Positions 37,699 through 47,055 of a DNA stretch of 64,000 nucleotides are shown here, in pieces. The DNA is from an uncultured Acidobacteriota bacterium (GTDB taxonomy: Bacteria; Acidobacteriota; Terriglobia; Acidiferrales; UBA7541): NCBI GenBank assembly GCA_963818085.1, contig CAWFQV010000004.1, forward strand, positions 91,818-155,817. The letters are read 5' to 3'. A program made the translations under genes and the position numbers. The number at the start of each line of letters is the position of its first letter. Position 1 is the first letter of the stretch. The notes under the pieces were generated by a model that was not told where the DNA came from, ran no database searches, and saw only the letters and a list, made by a program, of their open reading frames with translations.

Positions 37699-39963
37699 TC
37701 AACCGGCCGTGCGTGATTTCTTGGGAGCGCGGAGGGTTTCGCGGATTGCGCGGAGGAGGGTGGACATTTGATCTATGGGAGTGGCGTGGTCACCGAACCG
37801 AGCGGATTGGTAGAGCTCGGTGAGTTGGGCGACAGGGGCGGCAAGGTCGGTGGCGGGAATGACGGAGGCGAATTCTGACGGCGTTTGCGACGGCATTTTT
37901 TTCCAGCCGCGTTTTTCAAGCAGGCGAAGCATTTCGCGATATTCGAGAGAGGCCAGCGAGGCTGTCAGATTTCCGCCGCGGCGCGCTCGAACGCGCCAGC
38001 GCGCGACCAAGTAGCCGATCAGCGGACGGCCGCGCAAATAAATCAGCAGGGCAATCAGGAACGCGAGAACGCCGGGCAAAAAATATGGCGAGGCTTCGGT
38101 ACGACGGTCCAGAGCCATCAGCAGGCGAATGGCCTCACGTTGTTTTTCGCGATAGTAACGTTGGGCGTGGTCACCCCAGTTACGCGAAGTATTCTGCACG
38201 TTGCGCGCCAGATTGACCTGGTGGACGAAATCGTAATTGACGACCCACTCGCTCCAGGCGAACTGAAACCAGTCCCAATAAAGACCGAGACGTGAGAGGA
38301 ATCCGTTTCGTCTTCCATTTCCCGTCGGAGTGGGATCGAAAGTAATCCAGCCGTAACCGGGGAAATACGCCTCGACCCAAGTGTGAGCGTCACTGGCGCG
38401 GATGATGTAGTCGCCGCCGAGGTCGTTGTATTCGCCGGGTAAAAATCCGCCGACGTAACGTGCGGGAATTCCCAGATCGCGCAGCATAACCGTCATGGCG
38501 GCGGCGAAATATTCGCAGTGGCCGGCGCGTCTGGTAAAAAGAAAATAGGCCAGCGGGTCGTCCGTTTTTGGGCCGGTGAGATCGAGCGTATAGGCGTAAT
38601 GCGTTTTCAGATAGCGCTCGATATTTGCGGCGCGGTCATATTCGTTGTGCGAACTTTCTGTGATTTTTTCTGCGAGCTGTTTGACGCGCGGATCGAGTTT
38701 CGGAAGCTCTAAGTAAAGGCTCTGAATCTCCTCGGGATAAGTGGTGGACGCTTTGCGCAGTTGGTTCGGCGGAACCGCGGGAAGAAGCGAAAGGCCCTCG
38801 TAACGCACCTTCGTCTCATTGTGAAATGGGTTGGAGAGGGAACCGGTTCTGTCAACAAGGAGGTAGCCGCGCTGTTGAGAGGCGCCGACGCGTTCGGACT
38901 CATTGGTGAATCTGCCGCGTAAGGCCTCCAGGCGAGGCGCGACGAAAACTGCATCGGTGGCGACAGGTTCCATCAGCACGGTGTAACGAAGCGGGTAGAA
39001 ATCCCCGCCGGGAAGAGAAAGGGCGGCGAAGCGAAATTCGCCCTCGGGGTTGGGAGAGAGCACAACCTGATCGTGCGCGGGCGTAAACCAGCGCTTGCCA
39101 TCAAAATCGGTGAGCACGATTCCGCGCCAGTGAACGTCCGCTGCGCGGCCGGGATCGCCTTCCACATGAATGCGCATCACCACCGCGGAACTTTGTTTTA
39201 TTTTCCCAATTTCGCCCAGGGTGACGTTATCACTGAAGCCGGTCATCAGACTCGGTTGCAAATTCAGAGCACTCAAGTAGCCGGTGGTGAAACGCGGAAT
39301 TAAAAAGAAAAGAAAGCCACCGATCAGCAGCGCGCTGATGGCCACGAGCACGGAAGTGAGTCCTAGTGCGCGATTGAGTTGATGAGCCATGGGCGAGCCC
39401 GGTTCAAAAGGGGGCGACACGGCCCCGGCGGCGCTGCGTCGAATTTCCAGCGCGACGAAGGTGGAGACGGCTAGCGCAAGGAAAATTGCAAGTGTGATTA
39501 AAAAGCTTGTCTCCACCGTTAGAATTGCGGATGCCAGCATGGACGTCAAGGCCAGAACTGCGAGGAAAGCGAAATCGCGATTGGTTCGCGCGGAGTAAAG
39601 CCGGACCAGCGCGGCGAAAAGCATCAAGTGGATAGCGGCGAGCAATGCCGCGTACAACGCCGGATTCGGCGCGCCTGCCGACAAGCTTCGCGAAAAAATC
39701 CAAAGGTCGAGCGGGAAAAACAGAAAATAAGCCAGCACCAGCCACGTGGCGACGCGCGCGGATATCTCCGGGCCGCGGCTGCGCAAGATTCGGAATCCCT
39801 TGTACACGAGCGCGATCAGCGGGACGACCAAGGAGATGGGATCGAGTTTACCGGTGAGCACTACGGCCAGGATGCCGGTAGAAACTAACAGAAACAGCGA
39901 CACCTCGAAGTAACGTTGTACGGCCGGAAGCGGCGGCGCGCTGGCTGAGGTGGTGGAACTCAT
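37699..39963 (-). CDS. TgpA-like membrane transglutaminase (DUF3488 + transglutaminase core + DUF4129-like tail)
   Basis: 754-aa ORF with ~6 N-terminal TM helices. Core: 'RRAGHCEYFAAAMTVMLRDLGIPARYVGGF', 'DAHTWVEAYFPGYGWITFDPT' (Cys-His-Asp). Confidence 0.88.
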   Translation of the reverse strand: MSSTTSASAPPLPAVQRYFEVSLFLLVSTGILAVVLTGKLDPISLVVPLIALVYKGFRILRSRGPEISARVATWLVLAYFLFFPLDLWIFSRSLSAGAPNPALYAALLAAIHLMLFAALVRLYSARTNRDFAFLAVLALTSMLASAILTVETSFLITLAIFLALAVSTFVALEIRRSAAGAVSPPFEPGSPMAHQLNRALGLTSVLVAISALLIGGFLFFLIPRFTTGYLSALNLQPSLMTGFSDNVTLGEIGKIKQSSAVVMRIHVEGDPGRAADVHWRGIVLTDFDGKRWFTPAHDQVVLSPNPEGEFRFAALSLPGGDFYPLRYTVLMEPVATDAVFVAPRLEALRGRFTNESERVGASQQRGYLLVDRTGSLSNPFHNETKVRYEGLSLLPAVPPNQLRKASTTYPEEIQSLYLELPKLDPRVKQLAEKITESSHNEYDRAANIERYLKTHYAYTLDLTGPKTDDPLAYFLFTRRAGHCEYFAAAMTVMLRDLGIPARYVGGFLPGEYNDLGGDYIIRASDAHTWVEAYFPGYGWITFDPTPTGNGRRNGFLSRLGLYWDWFQFAWSEWVVNYDFVHQVNLARNVQNTSRNWGDHAQRYYREKQREAIRLLMALDRRTEASPYFLPGVLAFLIALLIYLRGRPLIGYLVARWRVRARRGGNLTASLASLEYREMLRLLEKRGWKKMPSQTPSEFASVIPATDLAAPVAQLTELYQSARFGDHATPIDQMSTLLRAIRETLRAPKKSRTAG

Positions 39964-40073
39964 CGTCCTAATTATGATGCTAGCACCTCGAACTTCAAAC
40001 GCGAGGAACTTGAACCAATTTGATGACCGGAAAATAACTGTACTTTCGTGCTGGCTAGCGGCTACCAGCGTAT

Positions 40074-41165
40074 TTAACGAGCCGGAGCGCGAGACAAGGC
40101 AGCAGCGATTTTGCGGGTAGCGTTCGAGATGGGGACCTGACTTAGATTTTCTAGTGACAAAATACGAGTGCGGGGAAGTTTTGGGAGCTGTCCTATATGC
40201 GCTAGGAACGGAAGCAAGGTGATGTTACGGAATGTAACTCCATGTCGCGCGGAAGGGAGCTCTTGTAGATCGACGCTAGCAATGCCGAGAGTCGTGCGAA
40301 GATGTTTTTCGAGTTCAGCTCTTGGGTCACGCGCCACTTCGACGGCAGGGAATTGCCACATGCGGGAGAACAGTACCTGGTCGTGGGCACCGGGATCTTT
40401 CACCAGGATTGTGCGGCCGCGCCGATCGCGAAGAATAGCTGCGGCGATTTTTACAGGTTCGGTGGCGCGTTTGACGCGAGGCGCCGGGATTTCGGCGGTG
40501 AGGCCAAGTTTGTATGCGCGGCACCATTTCGAGACCGGACAAATTTCGCAGTGCGGAATTTGTGGTGCGCAGATTACTTCGCCCAGTTCCATGAGGGCTT
40601 GATTCCAATCGCCAGGCGGATCGCAAGCGACCCACTCTTGCGCAATGTTTGCGAGCTCGCGCCAACGCCGGGGCTCACGTAGCTGTCCTCGCATGGCGTG
40701 CAGCCGCGCGAGGACACGCGCGACGTTGCCATCCAGAACGCCGAGCGGCACGTCGTAAGCGATGCTCAATACCGCTGCTGCCGTGTAAGCCCCGATTCCG
40801 GGGAGTTCCAGGGTTTCGTCGAGCGTGCGGGGAAATTTTCCGTTGCGATGCGCGACGATCTCCTTTGCTGCTCGATGCAGATTGCGTGCGCGGCTGTAGT
40901 AGCCCAGGCCGGACCACAGTTTCAAGACCTCCGCGATCGGAGCGCTTGCGAGTGATGCAACATCCGGCAGGCGCTTCAAGAAACGCTCGTAGTAGGGCAG
41001 CACCGCAGCGATACGCGTCTGCTGCAACATCACTTCCGCGACCCATATGCGGTATGGATCGCGGTTGGCGCGCCAGGGAAGATCGCGCTTGTATGCGCGA
41101 AACCACCCCAACAATCGCTTTTGAAAACTCTTAAGCTGCGGCGGCGAAAGAAATGGTGTTGTCAC
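40074..41165 (-). CDS. mutY: A/G-specific adenine DNA glycosylase
   Basis: 363-aa ORF. 'RDLPWR...DPYRIWVAEVMLQQT', HhH 'LPGIGAYTAAAV', Fe-S ladder 'CAPQIPHCEICPVSKWC', and a C-terminal NUDIX-like domain. Confidence 0.94.
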   Translation of the reverse strand: MTTPFLSPPQLKSFQKRLLGWFRAYKRDLPWRANRDPYRIWVAEVMLQQTRIAAVLPYYERFLKRLPDVASLASAPIAEVLKLWSGLGYYSRARNLHRAAKEIVAHRNGKFPRTLDETLELPGIGAYTAAAVLSIAYDVPLGVLDGNVARVLARLHAMRGQLREPRRWRELANIAQEWVACDPPGDWNQALMELGEVICAPQIPHCEICPVSKWCRAYKLGLTAEIPAPRVKRATEPVKIAAAILRDRRGRTILVKDPGAHDQVLFSRMWQFPAVEVARDPRAELEKHLRTTLGIASVDLQELPSARHGVTFRNITLLPFLAHIGQLPKLPRTRILSLENLSQVPISNATRKIAAALSRAPAR

Positions 41166-41281
41166 GGGTGCCGTATTCTCGCACGAAGTGCCCGTTCTTC
41201 AGTGCTGTCTGTGCGCGTGCGAGATATGGAAAACTACGCCCGCGTGAAGGTGCCGCTACAAAGTGGGTTGGACTTCGGGAA

Positions 41282-42622
41282 TTACAGGGCGTCGATAAAG
41301 AGGAAGTAGGATGAGGACCACAGCGCGGTTGGAATTGAGCGCTGCGGACGGCTGGTGATGATGATTTTGAAAATTTCGTGTTCAGTAGCAAGGTCGTCGA
41401 GGAAGCTGCCGCCGACGGCAGAATCATCGGCTGCGAGCGTGGCCAGCTCCCGCAACGTTTCGTAAATAATTTCGCCGGCCGGCGCCATCGAGCTGGTGAA
41501 CCGATGGGTTCGGAACTGAAGCACGGAATTAATTTCGTTGAAGTGCCATGCGATGCAGGCCGCCATGGTGACGGCACGCTCGAATCGCTCGGCGTGTTCC
41601 ACCATAGCATTTTGTCCTAACGCTGGATCCGGAGGGCCGATGAACGGGTCGAGGACGAGCATCACGCGGCGTTCGTCTTCGCGCGCAAATTCGCGAACCA
41701 TCAGGCGGCCGGCTTTGGCGGTGACCTTCCAGTCCACGAAGCGGGCGCTATCGGTGTGCAAGTAATTGCGGAGTGAATGCAATTCGTGGCCGCGTCCACG
41801 AAAGTGGCTAGCCATTTCTCCACTGAGAAGAGGAAGGACTTCGTAGAAGTGGTCGGTTGGTGAAACGCGCGGATATACGACGATATCTAGCTGCGAATCA
41901 ACCTGCCTGCTTTTTTCGAAAAAGCCGAAGGGGAAACGGGTGCGTATGCTGAACGAATCCTGGTGATACACGCCGCGCCGTGGAAATGTCAGCTCAACCT
42001 TTTGCCGCGCTGAGCCCTGGCGCGAGATATACGGAAAAAATACAGGTCGGGTGAGAACTTCTGCGGCGCCTTTTTTGTTCTCGCCGGTCACGCGCAGCGA
42101 AAACGACGGCCAAGTTTGCTTTTCGTTGCGCAACTCCAGTTCGGCAAGCACGGGCTGTTCGGCGAACACATGTTCGGGCATGTCGAACTTGAGGCCGATT
42201 CCGGTTAGTACAACACGCGAAAGCACTCCGGAAATTAGAATTCCAGCGAGTGAGCACGCCAAAATCATGAACAGCAAATTATTTCCGGTGTTTACGGCAG
42301 CGAGAACGAGAATGAAAACGGCGACGAGGTAGACAATTCCTTCTCGCGTAAGCCGGTAATCAACCTGATAAACGAGCCACCGAAGACTTGTTCGGCGTGC
42401 GAGCCTTGGAACGATGACGATGGCGACCCAAGCGGCGAGACCGAGCGAAATTACAGTGGTAACCGCCGCAACACCTACTCGCCCTTCTTGAGCTGCAGCA
42501 GCGGAAAAAAGCGCCGTGATGAGAGCGGCGGAAAGCACCAGCATGGCGACGCCGAAGTTGCGCCATCCGGGACGGTCAATGCCGCGCCACCAACGTGCAG
42601 CGAATGAATCTGCCTCTGGCAT
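41282..42622 (-). CDS. DUF58 domain protein (MoxR-associated)
   Basis: ORF extends to 42817. ATG 42622 lies 4 nt after the MoxR stop. It has N-terminal TM helices and 'DSARFVDWKVTAKAGRLMVREFAREDERRVMLVLD'. Confidence 0.85.
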   Translation of the reverse strand: MPEADSFAARWWRGIDRPGWRNFGVAMLVLSAALITALFSAAAAQEGRVGVAAVTTVISLGLAAWVAIVIVPRLARRTSLRWLVYQVDYRLTREGIVYLVAVFILVLAAVNTGNNLLFMILACSLAGILISGVLSRVVLTGIGLKFDMPEHVFAEQPVLAELELRNEKQTWPSFSLRVTGENKKGAAEVLTRPVFFPYISRQGSARQKVELTFPRRGVYHQDSFSIRTRFPFGFFEKSRQVDSQLDIVVYPRVSPTDHFYEVLPLLSGEMASHFRGRGHELHSLRNYLHTDSARFVDWKVTAKAGRLMVREFAREDERRVMLVLDPFIGPPDPALGQNAMVEHAERFERAVTMAACIAWHFNEINSVLQFRTHRFTSSMAPAGEIIYETLRELATLAADDSAVGGSFLDDLATEHEIFKIIITSRPQRSIPTALWSSSYFLFIDAL

Positions 42623-42626
42623 GGTG

Positions 42627-43583
42627 TTAAAGTGGAACGCGCGTGGTATCCATAATTTCGCGCAGAATTGTTTCGGCCTGCTCGGATTTTTTCTGGGTAG
42701 AGACGTAGCGCGAGCTGACCACCACGCGATGCGCGAAAACCGGAACCACCAGCCGCTTGAAATCGTCAGGCAAACAGTAGTCGCGCCCTTCCAGGAACGC
42801 ACGAGCTTGCGCTGCACGATGCAGCATCACCGCCCCGCGTGGGCTAACGCCCAGGCTCAGTTGTTCTGTCTGACGCGTGCGCTCCACGATTTCCAGCGCG
42901 TAGTCCAGCAGGCTTTCTTCTACTTTGACCCGCGAGACGGTTTCCTGCATGGCGATCACGTCGGCTGCATCCATTAATGCCGCGATTTTGTCCACCGGAG
43001 CGGCGCCGGAATTGTTACGAATGATTTCTTTTTCGCTCGCTCGCGAAGGATAGCCCATGCGAATGCGCATCAGAAAACGATCGAGCTGCGATTCCGGGAG
43101 CGGATAGGTGCCGTGGTGCTCGATGGGATTCTGTGTGGCCAGCACGAGAAAAGGCTTGGGAAGCGGGTGCGTGTGATTGTCCACGGTGATTTGCGATTCA
43201 TTCATCGCTTCCAGCAGCGCAGACTGTGTTTTCGGAGTGGTACGGTTGATTTCGTCCGCCACGATAATATTGGCGAAAATCGGCCCGGGCTTGAATTCGA
43301 AACCTTGCGTAGCAGGATTGAACACGCTGACGCCGATCACGTCACTCGGCAGCATGTCGGAGGTAAACTGGATGCGTTGAAACGAGCAATCGAACGAACG
43401 CGCCAGCGCCTGCGCTAAAGTTGTTTTGCCTACGCCAGGAACGTCTTCGATCAGCAAGTGGCCGCGCGCGAAAAGCGTAGTGAGCGCCAGTTGGATGACG
43501 TCTTCTTTGCCTTTCACCACTCCTGAGATCGAGCGCAGGAGTCCGGCGAGGCGAGTGCTAGCGGCTGTCGTCGTTGATTGCAA
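42627..43583 (-). CDS. MoxR-family AAA+ ATPase
   Basis: 318-aa ORF. 'GHLLIEDVPGVGKTTLAQALA', 'IVADEINRTTPKTQSALLEAM', 'VLATQNPIEHHGTYPLPESQLDRF'. Confidence 0.94.
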   Translation of the reverse strand: MQSTTTAASTRLAGLLRSISGVVKGKEDVIQLALTTLFARGHLLIEDVPGVGKTTLAQALARSFDCSFQRIQFTSDMLPSDVIGVSVFNPATQGFEFKPGPIFANIIVADEINRTTPKTQSALLEAMNESQITVDNHTHPLPKPFLVLATQNPIEHHGTYPLPESQLDRFLMRIRMGYPSRASEKEIIRNNSGAAPVDKIAALMDAADVIAMQETVSRVKVEESLLDYALEIVERTRQTEQLSLGVSPRGAVMLHRAAQARAFLEGRDYCLPDDFKRLVVPVFAHRVVVSSRYVSTQKKSEQAETILREIMDTTRVPL

Positions 43584-43619
43584 TTCGCGTGGCCTTCTGC
43601 TACAAAAAGTCAGTACTGC

Positions 43620-43695
43620 GGGCGACTAGCTCAGTGGTTAGAGCGCTCCCCTCACACGGGAGAGGTCCAAGGTTCAAATCCTTGGTCGCCCACCA
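43620..43695 (+). tRNA. tRNA-Val (anticodon CAC), CCA encoded
   Basis: Hand-folded cloverleaf. Acceptor GGGCGAC/GTCGCCC, D arm GCTC-AGTGGTTA-GAGC, anticodon arm CTCCC-CTCACAC-GGGAG, variable loop AGGTC, T arm CAAGG-TTCAAAT-CCTTG, discriminator A plus CCA. Total 76 nt. Confidence 0.95.
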
Positions 43696-44201
43696 CTACC
43701 CACATATAAGTTTTACCATCATTCAATGTACGAAGTGAAAAGACCAAGGGTACAGGTGTGTTCAAAAGGTTGTTTGCGCTTTCGATTTCCCTCAGGTATG
43801 ACCGCGAAACACGCCGTAGACTTGGATCGATCTGATTTTATCGTTGCAGCCGGAAGGCAGCAGCTTGAAGCGGAAGCCACTGTTCCTGCAGAAATGTTCG
43901 CCTCGAGAATTCCTCTGCTTAAAAAACAAGCGCTACGACGTGGGATTCCCTGGCTCGGCGGACGGTGATTGTTGCGCGGGTCTCGCCACCATGGTCCGCC
44001 ATGGTAAGGATTCACCACGAAGGTTGCACGACAGCCGCCCATACTGCTCGGCCGACACGCGGCGGGGCCACGCTCCAGCGGCAATTACCTGGCAGCGCGC
44101 CGTGTATTTTCGGAACCACGCGGGGAGCTGTTCGGAAGGTGTATAGGTGGTTACAAGTAACTGTGTGGGGCGCGCCCGGACTCTGGCCCAGGCCCAACGT
44201 T

Positions 44202-44330
44202 TTAAAGGGTGCGCCTCCGCTCTGTGCCGGCGATGCTCCACCCACCGATCGCTGGGAGGATTAGACCGATTTCCGCCACGCTGATGGCGAAGCCGGATGC
44301 CGCGATCCACCATTTGGACGTGGATTTCAC
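44202..44330 (-). CDS. candidate 42-aa small membrane peptide (GTG start)
   Basis: VKSTSKWWIAASGFAISVAEIGLILPAIGGWSIAGTERRRTL. It is preceded by AGGAGAGGA, with the GGAG core 6 nt before the GTG. It is below the ORF-track size cut-off. No homology was assessed. Confidence 0.2.
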   Translation of the reverse strand: MKSTSKWWIAASGFAISVAEIGLILPAIGGWSIAGTERRRTL

Positions 44331-44533
44331 GTTCCTCTCCTGAAGTTTATGAAATATGCCGAAGCGGATGGCGTCAGGTCGGCAGGAACGTACTCGATGG
44401 CTCTAGGCCTGGCAATAAAATCGAAATCAGATGGCGAGCTTTCAGCTCTGGTATCGAGCCGACCGTGATAGGCTGGGCGTGTTCCGCGCACCGTGCGGCG
44501 AAAAACTCCGCGGCGCCGAGAGAGTTTTTATCA

Positions 44534-45004
44534 ATGACAAACATTCTTCGGTTCCTACAAGTATTTGCGTTGGGCACTTGGGTGGGATCAATCTTTTATT
44601 TCAGTGCTGCGGTTGCGCCGGGCGCTTTTCGCGTTCTTTCAAATCCGGACCAGGCGGGTGCGCTGGTGCAATTCACCCTGGCCCGTCTGCATCTGCTCGG
44701 TGTGGTTGCCGCTGTGCTTTACCTGGTTGCCTCTGTGGCGCTTGCGCAGCCGTTCAAGGAACTCGTCCGGCCAGCGGCCATTGGCGTGATTATGATGCTG
44801 CTGCTTACGCTCGCGTCCCAGCGTCTTGTGACGCCGAAGCTGGCTGCCTTGCGAACTCAGATGGGTTCAGTGGCGGCGACGCCAAAGACCGATCCCTTGC
44901 ACGTGGAATTCGACCGCCTGCACGCAATCTCGGTAAACATCGAAGGCGCGGTGCTGCTGATAGGGTTTGCCGCGTTGTTTCTTACTGTGCGGGAGCCGTT
45001 GTGA
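44534..45004 (+). CDS. DUF4149-like integral membrane protein
   Basis: ORF 44297-45004. ATG 44534 gives 'MTNILRFLQVFALGTWVGSIFYFSAAVAPGAF', four TM helices and ~156 aa. The upstream 79 codons look non-coding. Confidence 0.7.
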   Translation: MTNILRFLQVFALGTWVGSIFYFSAAVAPGAFRVLSNPDQAGALVQFTLARLHLLGVVAAVLYLVASVALAQPFKELVRPAAIGVIMMLLLTLASQRLVTPKLAALRTQMGSVAATPKTDPLHVEFDRLHAISVNIEGAVLLIGFAALFLTVREPL

Positions 45005-45085
45005 CGCCGCCGTTTTGCCGGCTCCTTTGGCGCGGGACAAAAGCGGCCGCCAGGATGCGGGGTTACAAAACCCAGCCCGGTTGCG

Positions 45086-45862
45086 TTAGGAACGCCTTTT
45101 GGTCACGCGTTTATTTCGAGCGACGCGCTTTTTTGATTTGTTCTTTTTGCCTTTCTTCTTATTTGTGTTTTTCGTGATTTTTCTTGCGTTTTTGCCTGCG
45201 CGTTGGACGGCTCGCCACATATACCAACTCGCGACCGTGCGGTAAGGGCGCCAGCGTTCGCCGAACGCGGCGAGTTCGCGTGGTTTTGGAATAGCTTTCT
45301 TACGGTACAGGATCGCGAAACCTTTTTGTACGCCGTAGTCGTGTATGGGCAGCACGTCAGGACGCCCCAGACGAAAGATCAAAAACATCTCCACCGTCCA
45401 GGCCCCGATCCCGCGAACAGAGATAAGTCGTTCTACCAGCTCTTCGTCCGACATTTTGTGCGCAGCTTCCAGAGAGGGAACTATGCCGTCAATCGTCTTC
45501 TGCGCCAGATCCTTCATGGCCGCAACTTTTGCAAACGAAAGCCCGGCTTCGCGCAGATTTTGCGGTGGCGCAGCGATAATTTCCTCCGGCGTGGGACACG
45601 CGCCGTTTTTTCCTAGCGCTTTTATACGCGCGAAAATGGTGGCGGCGGCTTTCCCCGAGATGCTCTGATAAGCGATGGCTTCGAGCAGCGATTCGTAAAC
45701 GCTGTCACATTCATCCAGCTGGAAGGGAAATTCCCCGATGTCGGCAATCAGTCGTCCCAGCCTTTTGTCGGCCTGTGAAAGATGCGCGTGCGCCTTCTGG
45801 TGATCGAACGGAAGTGGATATTTTTCCGGCATAGTTGGGTCATTAGGATACTCCGGTAGCAC
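45086..45862 (-). CDS. HhH-GPD DNA glycosylase (AlkA / 3-methyladenine glycosylase II type) with Lys-rich tail
   Basis: 258-aa ORF. 'YESLLEAIAYQSISGKAA', 'LISVRGIGAWTVEMFLIFRLGRPDVLPIHDYGVQKG'. The last 35 aa are 'KNARKITKNTNKKKGKKNKSKKRVARNKRVTKRRS'. Confidence 0.85.
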   Translation of the reverse strand: MLPEYPNDPTMPEKYPLPFDHQKAHAHLSQADKRLGRLIADIGEFPFQLDECDSVYESLLEAIAYQSISGKAAATIFARIKALGKNGACPTPEEIIAAPPQNLREAGLSFAKVAAMKDLAQKTIDGIVPSLEAAHKMSDEELVERLISVRGIGAWTVEMFLIFRLGRPDVLPIHDYGVQKGFAILYRKKAIPKPRELAAFGERWRPYRTVASWYMWRAVQRAGKNARKITKNTNKKKGKKNKSKKRVARNKRVTKRRS

Positions 45863-45974
45863 TCATTGAGACAATTCCGCCGAACTGTTACTGAGCAGCG
45901 TTTGGGAAGATGATCGTCGGAAACGATCCGCTCCCAGGGCCCAGCACTAGGGTGTGTGCTACTATCGTCGGCTT

Positions 45975-47051
45975 ATGAAAACTGGAATTATTGGACTGCC
46001 GCAAGTAGGGAAGACTAGTTTATTCCGTATACTCACCCGCGTACGAGTGGACGCTCGCAGCACCCCCAACCAGGCGCATGTGGGGATTGCCCGCGTCCCG
46101 GATGCCCGTGTGGCAAATCTTTCCGAAATTTTCAAACCCAAAAAAATCACCTACGCCACCATTGAATATGTGGATGTGGGCGGTTTGCAAAAAGACCGGG
46201 AGAAAAATGCAGCTTCGCTCGTGCCGCTGCGCGAAGCGGACGCGCTGGCGCACGTGGTGCGGCTTTTTGAAGACCCCGCGGTGCCGCACCAAGGCGGGTC
46301 GCTTGACGCGTTGCGCGATATCGAGAGTGTTGAAATCGAGCTGATGCTGAACGATCTGGAGCAGGCCTCCAAGCGAATTGAGCGCGTGGAAAAAGATTTG
46401 AAAAAAAAGAAAGAGACGGTGCTTGAAGCGGAGCTGCAACTTCTGACTCGTTGTCGCAAAGCCTTGGAAGGCGAAACGCCGCTGCGCGAGCTGGAATTCA
46501 AGCCGGAAGAATTGAAGATGCTTACCGGCTTTGAATTTCTCTCACGCAAACCAATGCTCTATGTGCTAAATCTCGGTGACGATCAAGCTGCGGACATCGA
46601 TCGCGTGGTGGAAAAATATCATCTCGAGAAGCTGGCTTCGAACCCGCACACGGCCGTGGTGCCGTTCTGCGGCAAGATCGAAGCCGAACTCTCCGAGCTG
46701 CCGGACGCTGAAGCAGCGGAAATGATGCGCGCGTATGGACTGGCGGAATCTGGGCGCGATCGTTTGATTCAGGCGAGCTACCGGCTGCTCGGGTTGATTT
46801 CGTTTCTCACTTGCGGAGAGCCGGAGTGCCGCGCCTGGACCATCGAACGCGGAATGAACGCGCAGCAGGCCGCCGGGGCGATTCACAGCGACATCGAGCG
46901 CGGATTCATCAAAGCCGAAGTGGTGAATTGGGAAAATTTGCTGAAGGCGGGCGGCTTCCCCGTCGCCAAAGAGCGCGCGCAGGTAAAACTCGAAGGCAAA
47001 GAGTACATCGTGCAAGATGGCGATGTGATTTTGTTCCGTCACTCGGGCTAG
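45975..47051 (+). CDS. ychF: ribosome-binding / redox-regulated ATPase YchF
   Basis: ATG 45975. 'MKTGIIGLPQVGKTSLF', 'IEYVDVGGL', C-terminal TGS-like 'LEGKEYIVQDGDVILFRHSG'. Confidence 0.93.
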   Translation: MKTGIIGLPQVGKTSLFRILTRVRVDARSTPNQAHVGIARVPDARVANLSEIFKPKKITYATIEYVDVGGLQKDREKNAASLVPLREADALAHVVRLFEDPAVPHQGGSLDALRDIESVEIELMLNDLEQASKRIERVEKDLKKKKETVLEAELQLLTRCRKALEGETPLRELEFKPEELKMLTGFEFLSRKPMLYVLNLGDDQAADIDRVVEKYHLEKLASNPHTAVVPFCGKIEAELSELPDAEAAEMMRAYGLAESGRDRLIQASYRLLGLISFLTCGEPECRAWTIERGMNAQQAAGAIHSDIERGFIKAEVVNWENLLKAGGFPVAKERAQVKLEGKEYIVQDGDVILFRHSG

Positions 47052-47055
47052 TACG

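Noticed and set aside
43755-43805. A possible additional, very divergent copy of the 3420/5182 repeat just after the tRNA ('...TTGCGCTTTCGATTTCCCTCAGGTATGACC').
   Set aside because: It shares only the terminal '..CTC.GG.ATGAC' word, and overall identity is too low to assert by eye.
44080-44184. RNase P RNA-like words on the minus strand: 'AGAGUCCGGGCGCGCC' (compare GGAAAGUCCGGGCUCC) and 'GCUGCCAGGUAAUUGCC' (compare GUGCCAGGUAACGCC).
   Set aside because: The two words are ~75 nt apart, whereas in bacterial RNase P RNA they are ~15 nt apart. The 3' P4 strand (ACAGAACCCGGCUUA-like) is missing, so this is not RNase P RNA.
44373-44390. SRP-RNA-like 'GUCAGGUCGGCAGGAACG'.
   Set aside because: It lacks the conserved GGAA tetraloop and the symmetric-loop context (GUCAGGUCCGGAAGGAAGCAGC). 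No complementary 5' and 3' arms are evident.
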